Shown: piece by piece, positions 24,763-31,322 of the stretch
How positions within the stretch are numbered: position 1 is the first letter of the stretch
Layout of the letters: every line of letters begins with the position of its first letter
Translations under genes and position numbers: made by a program
NCBI GenBank assembly: GCA_040005235.1
Contig: JBDTZG010000059.1
Coordinates: 1 to 31,322, forward strand
Origin: Acidobacteriota bacterium
GTDB taxonomy: Bacteria; Acidobacteriota; Thermoanaerobaculia; Multivoradales; UBA5704
Length of the DNA: 31,322 bases
Direction: 5' to 3'
The notes under the pieces: model-generated
The model's input: the letters and a program-made list of their open reading frames with translations, nothing else
The model's database searches: none
What the model was told of the DNA's origin: nothing

Positions 24763-25656
24763 ATGGCGGGCGGTCACGATCAACTCTGGAAGGATCTGAT
24801 TCGAACATTTCCGGTCGATTTCCTAAGGCTCGTCGACGACGACCTGGCGAGCAGGCTAGAGGTGTCTTCACTGACGCTCGGGCCGGTGGAGGAATTCCTT
24901 GACCAACCCTCGGGCGCCGAACGGCGGATGGATCTGGTGGGCAGCGCCAAAACTCTCGAAGGAAACGACGTCATCGTGCATGTGGAGATCGAGCTGAAAT
25001 ACCGGGCGCCGGTGCCGCCGCGGCTCTGCCTGTACAACCGTTTGCTCAGCTTGCGGAAGCGGCGACCGGTCCACACGATCGTGGTGTACCTTCATGGCGG
25101 CCCGGCGGGAGCGGGAATCTCGCGGTACGTCGAGATCTCCTGCGAACGGGAGATTTGGCTGTTCTCCTACCTGAGCTTCGGGCTGTCCGGGTCGCGCTCA
25201 CGGCACTTCCTCGCCCGCCCTGAGCCGCTGGCCTGGGCGTTCGCTGCCCTGATGCGACCCATGGGCAGAGATCGCCAAGCCCTTCGTCGTTCCTGTCTTG
25301 ACCGGATCGCGTCGGCAGAAGGTTTAACCGAGGTCGAACGATTTCTCCTATTCAACTGCGTGGCAACGTATCTAGAATTGGGAGGCGGTGCTGCGGAGGA
25401 GTTCGCCGTGCTTCGCGCCCGCTACAAAAAACCGGAGGCAGAGATGAAGCCAGTCACCTGGGAAGAGAAGGTCGAGGAGCGGGGCAAGGAGACCGGAATG
25501 CGCGAGGTGATTCTGCGACTGCTCCGTAGTAGGTTTCCGACCCTTAACGGTCAGGCGATCGAGCGGGTGGAGGCGATCCATTCCCCGGACGAGCTCGGAT
25601 CGCTCGCCGAGCGGTTGCTGACCGCCCGCTCGCTCGAAGAGCTGGGACTGGCGTAA
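24763..25656 (+). CDS. Rpn/YhgA-like (transposase_31-like) PD-(D/E)XK protein with DUF4351-like C-terminus
   Basis: HDQLWKDLIRTFPVDFLRL, RRMDLV, IVHVEIEL, PVHTIVVYL, PLAWAFAALM and the C-terminal LLRSRF...LAERLLTARSLEELGL; AAGGAG RBS before ATG 24763. Confidence 0.82.
   Translation: MAGGHDQLWKDLIRTFPVDFLRLVDDDLASRLEVSSLTLGPVEEFLDQPSGAERRMDLVGSAKTLEGNDVIVHVEIELKYRAPVPPRLCLYNRLLSLRKRRPVHTIVVYLHGGPAGAGISRYVEISCEREIWLFSYLSFGLSGSRSRHFLARPEPLAWAFAALMRPMGRDRQALRRSCLDRIASAEGLTEVERFLLFNCVATYLELGGGAAEEFAVLRARYKKPEAEMKPVTWEEKVEERGKETGMREVILRLLRSRFPTLNGQAIERVEAIHSPDELGSLAERLLTARSLEELGLA
25444..25656 (+). CDS. Putative nested in-frame small protein (RpnS-like, 70 aa)
   Basis: GGAGG at 25434-25438, 5 nt before the in-frame ATG 25444 (MKPVTWEEKVEERG...), exactly at the start of the C-terminal domain. 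Confidence 0.55.
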   Translation: MKPVTWEEKVEERGKETGMREVILRLLRSRFPTLNGQAIERVEAIHSPDELGSLAERLLTARSLEELGLA

Positions 25657-25675
25657 GCCCGCCGCGAACGCTGCC

Positions 25676-26149
25676 ATGCTCCCGAAGGCAACCACCCTCG
25701 ATTGGCGGCGCGACGACGGTTTCATCGTCACGACCGATCCATCCCGATTTCAGCTCGGCGAGATCCATGCCTTCCTTACGGGCTCCTATTGGGCCGAGGG
25801 GATTCCGCTCGCGACGGTCGAGGCTTCGATCCTAGGATCGCTGGCGTTTGCGCTGCTCGATCCGGAGGGCCGGCAGGTCGGTTTCGCGCGGGCGATCACC
25901 GACGGGGCGACGTTTGCCTACCTGGCCGACGTCTACGTGCTCGAAGAGTTGCGAGGCCGCGGGCTCGGGACGTTTCTGATGGAGTGCGTGAGCGCCCACC
26001 CTGAGCTTCAAGGGCTGCGCCGCTGGTCGCTGGTGACTCGCGACGCCCATTCGCTGTACCGTCGTTTCGGGTTCGGCGAGCTTGGGCGGCCGGGGGGATG
26101 GATGGAAAAGACGGACTCAGAGGTTTATAAGCGAAAAGGGGCATCGTGA
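25676..26149 (+). CDS. GNAT family N-acetyltransferase
   Basis: SYWAEGIP, QVGFARAITDGATFAYLADVYVLEELRGRGLG, LVTRDAHSLYRRFGF. Confidence 0.94.
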   Translation: MLPKATTLDWRRDDGFIVTTDPSRFQLGEIHAFLTGSYWAEGIPLATVEASILGSLAFALLDPEGRQVGFARAITDGATFAYLADVYVLEELRGRGLGTFLMECVSAHPELQGLRRWSLVTRDAHSLYRRFGFGELGRPGGWMEKTDSEVYKRKGAS

Positions 26150-26724
26150 TTCTTACGCCGATCGTCCTCGAAGGGCCGTCGATCCGGCTGGAGCCGTTGA
26201 CGCTCGAACATGCGGCGGGGCTCTTCCGTTACGCGAGCCCGGAAGTCTTCGAGTGGATGGTCGATTGGCCGATTGACGAAGGTCTCGATGCCTATCTGGA
26301 CTGGGAACGCCGGGGGCTTGAAATTCCCGACTCGCAGCTGTTCGCGATGGTCGTGAAGGAGAGCGGAGAGCCGATTGGCTCGACCGCCTTTCTCGACGCG
26401 CGCCCGAGCAACCGCGCGATCGAAATCGGCCGCACCTGGATCGGCAAGGCCCACCAGGGAAAGGTCGCCAACCCGGAGAGCAAGCTCCTCCTCTTGACTC
26501 ACGCCTTCGAGATGCTCGGCGCGCTGCGGGTTCAGCTCAAGACCGACTCGCGGAACCTCCACAGTCAACGAGCGATCGCCAAGCTCGGCGCCGTCCGCGA
26601 AGGCACCCTCCGCAATTATCAGGTCCGCGCCGACGGCCGTCCGCGCGACACCGTGATGTACTCGATCACCGCGGAGGAATGGCCGGCGGTGCGGGCGGGA
26701 CTGGAACAGCGGCTGGCGATCTAG
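26146..26724 (+). CDS. GNAT family (RimJ/RimL-like) N-acetyltransferase
   Basis: IRLEPL, IEIGRTWI, NPESKLLLLTHAFE, RVQLKTDSRNLHSQRAIAKLGAVREGTLR, RDTVMYSITAEEWP; GTGA overlap with the upstream GNAT. Confidence 0.94.
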   Translation: MILTPIVLEGPSIRLEPLTLEHAAGLFRYASPEVFEWMVDWPIDEGLDAYLDWERRGLEIPDSQLFAMVVKESGEPIGSTAFLDARPSNRAIEIGRTWIGKAHQGKVANPESKLLLLTHAFEMLGALRVQLKTDSRNLHSQRAIAKLGAVREGTLRNYQVRADGRPRDTVMYSITAEEWPAVRAGLEQRLAI

Positions 26725-26760
26725 CGTCACGGAACATCCGCCACCCGCCCGCACCCCGAT

Positions 26761-26775
26761 TACAATAGGCCCCCA
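26761..26775 (+). promoter_or_regulatory. -10-like hexamer immediately before hutU (possible leaderless transcript)
   Basis: TACAAT at 26761-26766, ATG 8 nt later, and no Shine-Dalgarno in between. Confidence 0.45.
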
Positions 26776-28469
26776 TGAGCCCTACCGCGCCCGCCGCCGA
26801 CTTAGCCGCCGCTTCGCTTCATCTCCCTCGCACCGTCCGTGCCCCTCGGGGGACGGAGATCTCCTGTTTGGGTTGGCAGCAGGAGGCGGCGCTGCGGATG
26901 CTGATGAACAATCTGGATCCGGAGGTGGCGGAGCGGCCGGAGGAGCTGGTGGTCTATGGCGGGTCGGGCAAGGCCGCTCGGAACTGGGAGTGTTTCGATG
27001 CGATCGTGGCGACGCTGCGGCGGTTGAAGAACGACGAGACCCTCCTTGTGCAGTCGGGCAAGCCGGTCGCGGTGTTTCGGTCGCACGAGGAGGCGCCGCG
27101 GGTTTTGATTGCGAACTCGAACCTGGTGCCGCATTGGGCGACCGCGGATGAGTTCCGGCGGCTCGAAGGGTTGGGGCTCACGATGTACGGCCAGATGACT
27201 GCCGGCTCGTGGATCTACATCGGCACCCAAGGGATCTTGCAGGGGACGTTCGAGACGCTCGCCGAGGCGGCGCGGCAGCATTTCGGCGGTAGTTTGGCCG
27301 GGCGGTTGACGGTGACGGCCGGGCTCGGCGGGATGGGCGGTGCGCAGCCTCTTGCGGTGACGATGAACGAGGGGACCTGCCTGGTGGCCGAGGTCGATCG
27401 GACGCGGATCGAGCGCCGGTTGGAGACCCGCTATCTGGATGAGGTGGCGCCCGATCTCGAAAGCGGCATTCGCCGCGCTCTCGAAGCGCGAGACCGGCGG
27501 GAGGCGGTATCCATTGCGGTCGAGGCGAATGCGGTCGATCTGCTGGAACGGCTGCTGGCCTTGGGCATCGTCCCCGACGCTCTCACCGACCAGACCTCGG
27601 CGCACGACGCTCTGCTCGGCTACGTACCGCAGGGAATGACGTTCGCCGAAGCGGTCGAGCGGCGTAGAGCCGAGCCTGAGTCGTACGTCGCCCGTTCGCT
27701 CGCCACCATGGTGGCCCACGTGCGGGCGATGCTCGCGCTGCAGGAGCGGGGGGCCATCACGTTCGACTACGGCAACAACCTGCGCGGCCAGGCGCTCGCC
27801 GCGGGGGAGACGCGGGCCTTCGAGATCGGCGGGTTCGTGCCGATGTTCATTCGGCCGCTGTTCTGCGAAGGGAAAGGCCCGTTTCGTTGGGCGGTGCTGT
27901 CGGGGGATCCGGAAGACCTGGCGGTGACCGACGAGGCGATTCTCGCGACCTTCCCGGAGGATGCGGCGCTCGCGCGGTGGATCACGCTCGCGCGGGAGCG
28001 GGTGGCGTTCCAGGGGCTGCCGGCGCGGATCTGCTGGCTGGGCTACGGCGAGCGGGCGAAGGCGGGTAAGGTGTTCAACGAGCTGGTGGCGTCGGGCAAG
28101 GTCAAGGCGCCGATCGTCATCGGCCGCGATCATCTCGACTGCGGCTCGGTCGCATCGCCCAACCGGGAGACCGAAGGGATGATCGACGGCTCCGACGCGA
28201 TCGCCGACTGGCCGATCCTGAACGCGCTGATCAACGCGGTGAACGGCGCCACCTGGATCTCGCTCCACCATGGGGGCGGCGTCGGCATCGGTTATTCGCA
28301 GCACGCGGGGATGGTGATCGTCGCCGACGGCACAGAGGCCGCCGCGCGGCGGATCGAGCGCGTGCTCACCAGCGATCCCGGCATGGGGGTCGTCCGCCAC
28401 GCCGACGCGGGATATCCGGACGCGATCCGGGTCGCCCGCGAGCGCGGCGTCGACCTGCCGATGCTGTGA
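26775..28469 (+). CDS. hutU: Urocanate hydratase
   Basis: [82 protein letters not shown]. Confidence 0.98.
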   Translation: MSPTAPAADLAAASLHLPRTVRAPRGTEISCLGWQQEAALRMLMNNLDPEVAERPEELVVYGGSGKAARNWECFDAIVATLRRLKNDETLLVQSGKPVAVFRSHEEAPRVLIANSNLVPHWATADEFRRLEGLGLTMYGQMTAGSWIYIGTQGILQGTFETLAEAARQHFGGSLAGRLTVTAGLGGMGGAQPLAVTMNEGTCLVAEVDRTRIERRLETRYLDEVAPDLESGIRRALEARDRREAVSIAVEANAVDLLERLLALGIVPDALTDQTSAHDALLGYVPQGMTFAEAVERRRAEPESYVARSLATMVAHVRAMLALQERGAITFDYGNNLRGQALAAGETRAFEIGGFVPMFIRPLFCEGKGPFRWAVLSGDPEDLAVTDEAILATFPEDAALARWITLARERVAFQGLPARICWLGYGERAKAGKVFNELVASGKVKAPIVIGRDHLDCGSVASPNRETEGMIDGSDAIADWPILNALINAVNGATWISLHHGGGVGIGYSQHAGMVIVADGTEAAARRIERVLTSDPGMGVVRHADAGYPDAIRVARERGVDLPML

Positions 28470-31321
28470 AGCGTTCACCGGCTCGCGCGCTCCGTTTTCT
28501 CCTTCTCGTCGGGGGCCTCGCGGCCCCTCTCCTTCCTCCGTACCTCGCCGCTCTGGTGCTCGGTGGCCTGGCCCTCGGCGGCTTGCTCGGCCTGCGGCCG
28601 CCGGGGCGCGAGCGGTGGATCGCTCTGGCGGCCTCCGCGGTCGCGGTGGCGGCGCTCGCCCGGCAGGGTTGGGTCGATGGCCAGGTGGAGCCGTCTGCCG
28701 AGCAGCTCCGCGCCAAGGCCTCCCGGGCATTTTCCGCCCTCTGGACCGATCTCGATCGGGAAGCCACGGCGGCGACGCTCTCTCTCGCTTCGGCAGAGAC
28801 CGATCTCCAGCGCTTCGAAGCCCTGGGCGCCTTGACGCGCCGCGAGGCGGGCTGGCGCGGCGAGCTGGAGCGCGCCTGGGGCGGTTGGGACAAGGGGCGC
28901 CGCTCGATCCTATTGCTCGATCCGGACGGCCAGGCGGTCGCCTGGGCGGGGGAGGGGTTGCTCCACGAGCTGGCGCCGCAGGCGTATCCGATCCAGGGGC
29001 GGCTCGCCGCGGCGAGCTTCGGCGCTGCGACGCTGCTCGCGATCCGGCCGATCGGGAGCGAGGCCAGGCCCCGCTGGCGGATCGTCGTCGGCGCGAGCTA
29101 TCCGACCAACCAGCTGCCGTTCCACTATGCCTGGCGGCGCCACCGGTGGGCGGTTATCGGTTCCGAGACGAGCCTCTCCACTTCGCAAGGAGACCGGCTG
29201 GACATGCCGCCGGGAACTCCCGAGCTGGCGGTCCGAAAGAGGGATCCGAAGGCGGTCCGGACGCCGCGCCTCGGTTTCTCTGCCGGCGCGCGGGTCGCCT
29301 GGGGGGCGCTCGGCCTGTCGATTCTGGCGCTCGCCGTGCTCCGCAGCTCGGGCCGCGCCCTGCCGAGCGCCACCTCCGCGATCGAAATCGCCCGCAGACC
29401 GGTGATTCCGCTCGCCCTCGGAGGCGCGCTCGCCCTGGCCGCCGCGGCGGGGGCCGGCGGTGCCGCTCTCTCCATCCTCGCCGGCGGGTTGGGAATCGCC
29501 GCGCTGGGGCTTTCTTCGGGTTCGCCGGGGTTGGCGGCGAGGCCGTTCGGACACATCGGCGGCCGCATCGGCCTGCGCGGCGCGATGGGGACCTCGGCCC
29601 GGCGGTTGGCGGGGCCGCTCGCCGGAGCGGCGAGCCTGCTGGTGCTGGTGGTCGTCGCCCTGCTCGCGCAGCGGTTCTCCGGACCCATGGACCTCGGCGG
29701 CAGCCTGCTCGGCAGCGCCAATGCGACCGCTTGGCGGGTCGGTTTCGCGCTCGCGACGCTCGGCCTGTTGTTCGCGGCCGGCCGGTTCGCCGCGGAAGCG
29801 CCCGAGCAGGAGCGTTGGGGCTGGATCGCGTTTGGTCTGGCACTTGCGAGCGGCGCGGCGGCCGATTTCGGCGCGCTGGCGATTCCCGGACTTGCCGCGG
29901 CGGGCGCTGCGGCTGCCCGTTGGGCCGGTCCCCGGGGGGCGCGCGAGCGCCCGAGCCCGGACGCGCCTCCCGGCGAAGGGCGTCATCAGGCGGCGGCGCT
30001 CGCCGGCTTGGTCGCCCTCTCGTGCCTGCTCGCGGGAGGGGTGGTCGAGGTCTCCTATCGCGCCTGCCTGCGAGGTGTCGTCGCGACCCGCCTGCCGGCG
30101 CGGCTCGCTCCGCCTCGGCCCGACGAGATCGTAGCGCTCCGCAAGCAGATCGAGAGCGGTTTTACCTCCGACCTCGATCGGTTGGCGCTTTCCGGCCCTT
30201 CGAGGCTCGAAGGGGAAGACCTGGCGTACGCGCTTTGGTGGCGCTCGCCGCTCGCCCGCCGCGGCGCGCTTTCGGCCCTCTCGGTGCAGCCGCTCGACCG
30301 CTCGGCGGGATCGGTCTTCTCTTTCGGCTTGCCGCTGTCTCCGGACCGACATCTCGATCGGACGAGCGAACGCTGGCGCGCGCTCGATCTGCCGCCCTGG
30401 CGGCAGGGTTTGATCGAAGGAGAGGTGCCGCTCTCGTGGGCCGGCAAACCTTGGGCGGTCGCGCGTTTCTGGTTCTTGCCGCGGCCGGGATTCCATCTCG
30501 CCGACGCGCGGCCGTTGGAGGAGATCGATACCGGTCTGCTGCGCGGCGGTCCGGCGGCGGTGGCGGTGGCGGAGCTCCCGGCTCAGGTGCAGTTTGCGCT
30601 CTACGACGGAGAAGGTCGGGCTCTCGCGCCCTGGGATGCGTCGCCGCCGCTGCCGGCCGCGCTGCGGCGCGCCCCGGCGACGATCGAGCCGCGGGTGCAG
30701 ATGCCGGGCGGGATCGCGCTCGCCGCGGTCCGCCGGGTGGGGACCGGCTGGTCGGTGCTCTACCTGCCGCGGCTCGATGCGCCGGCCGCCCTCGAACGGG
30801 TGGGCAACGCGGCGGTCGGCGTCGTTCTGCTGTTTGCCGGGGCCGCCCTGCTCGCTCTCGTGGTCGTGCTGCCCCGCGCGGCGGTGCGCGAGCTGCTCGC
30901 CCGTACGGTGCGTTCCTATTCGCGTCGTCTGCTGCTGGTCTATGGCGTCCTGCTGCTGCTGCCGCTCGCGCTGCTCAACGCCGTGCTGGTCCGCGGCGTC
31001 GAGCGTCGGCTCGCCGAGCAGCAACGGGTGGCGGGCGAGGCGGCGCTCGCCTCGGCGCAGAGCCTGCTGGCGGAGGTGCTCGGCTCGCTCGCGACCGGCT
31101 TTTCGGTCGAGACGACGCTCGACGACGCGCAGCTCAGCCGGATCGCCGGCCTGGTCCATCACGAGGTCAACCTCTATTGGGTGGCCAAGGTCTACGCGTC
31201 GAGCAAGCACGAGCTGTTCACCGCGGGCCTCCTGCCGGAACGGATTCCGGGCGACATCTATGCTCCCTTGGCGCTCGGCGGCGAATGGGTTTCGTCGCGC
31301 ATCAACCGCGCCTCGGGCGGC
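28466..31321 (+). CDS. Large multi-pass membrane protein, probably the N-terminal part of an NtrY-like sensor histidine kinase (runs off the right edge)
   Basis: GTG 28466 overlaps the hutU stop. I translated both ends in the same frame and saw no stop. Many hydrophobic segments; [14 protein letters not shown]; [22 protein letters not shown]; HHEVNLYW...[20 protein letters not shown]. The kinase domain itself is not within the window. Confidence 0.68.
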   Translation, partial: MKRSPARALRFLLLVGGLAAPLLPPYLAALVLGGLALGGLLGLRPPGRERWIALAASAVAVAALARQGWVDGQVEPSAEQLRAKASRAFSALWTDLDREATAATLSLASAETDLQRFEALGALTRREAGWRGELERAWGGWDKGRRSILLLDPDGQAVAWAGEGLLHELAPQAYPIQGRLAAASFGAATLLAIRPIGSEARPRWRIVVGASYPTNQLPFHYAWRRHRWAVIGSETSLSTSQGDRLDMPPGTPELAVRKRDPKAVRTPRLGFSAGARVAWGALGLSILALAVLRSSGRALPSATSAIEIARRPVIPLALGGALALAAAAGAGGAALSILAGGLGIAALGLSSGSPGLAARPFGHIGGRIGLRGAMGTSARRLAGPLAGAASLLVLVVVALLAQRFSGPMDLGGSLLGSANATAWRVGFALATLGLLFAAGRFAAEAPEQERWGWIAFGLALASGAAADFGALAIPGLAAAGAAAARWAGPRGARERPSPDAPPGEGRHQAAALAGLVALSCLLAGGVVEVSYRACLRGVVATRLPARLAPPRPDEIVALRKQIESGFTSDLDRLALSGPSRLEGEDLAYALWWRSPLARRGALSALSVQPLDRSAGSVFSFGLPLSPDRHLDRTSERWRALDLPPWRQGLIEGEVPLSWAGKPWAVARFWFLPRPGFHLADARPLEEIDTGLLRGGPAAVAVAELPAQVQFALYDGEGRALAPWDASPPLPAALRRAPATIEPRVQMPGGIALAAVRRVGTGWSVLYLPRLDAPAALERVGNAAVGVVLLFAGAALLALVVVLPRAAVRELLARTVRSYSRRLLLVYGVLLLLPLALLNAVLVRGVERRLAEQQRVAGEAALASAQSLLAEVLGSLATGFSVETTLDDAQLSRIAGLVHHEVNLYWVAKVYASSKHELFTAGLLPERIPGDIYAPLALGGEWVSSRINRASGG

Positions 31322-31322
31322 G

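Noticed and set aside
24763-25656. Insertion sequence / active transposase
   Set aside because: No terminal inverted repeats or target duplication were seen, and the Rpn/YhgA family is not a demonstrated transposase despite its legacy name.
26802-28730. 642-aa minus-strand ORF
   Set aside because: Antisense shadow of hutU, as expected in high-GC DNA.
28910-31210. 766-aa minus-strand ORF
   Set aside because: Arg-rich antisense shadow of the + strand membrane protein, which has a sensible hydrophobic pattern and a coupled start.

Overview
A very GC-rich bacterial chromosomal segment. The gene style (KLxLxR(D/E)TL-leader peptide, 'PCRxLDTR...DVNGYF' C-terminal domain, Rpn-like gene, very large membrane sensor) suggests Acidobacteriota/Thermoanaerobaculia, but this is inference only. 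Left to right: clpS-clpA (clpA truncated by the window edge), a secreted M20 dipeptidase and alpha/beta hydrolase, a 16-copy 21-bp tandem array, an internally deleted DUF2785-like pseudogene, an M13 endopeptidase, an EamA transporter, a Cys-less rhodanese-like protein, a UPF0175/DUF3368 (PIN) toxin-antitoxin pair, DUF1015, a secreted M12/reprolysin-like protease, an M28 peptidase, and a DUF2071-Rid-flippase unit. Converging on that unit is the most interesting locus, a minus-strand cluster of an atypical amidohydrolase (metal ligands lost), a stand-alone NRPS-like A-PCP-TE enzyme whose A domain lacks the amino-acid-binding Asp, and a 64-aa double-glycine, 6-Cys RiPP-like precursor peptide with no classical RiPP maturase in view. 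After it come a Pho-box-like repeat with DUF47-PiT, an Rpn-like nuclease with a nested internal start, two GNATs, hutU and the 5' part of a large membrane sensor protein. No rRNA, tRNA or CRISPR array was recognised. All family calls are from motif recognition by eye, with no database search.
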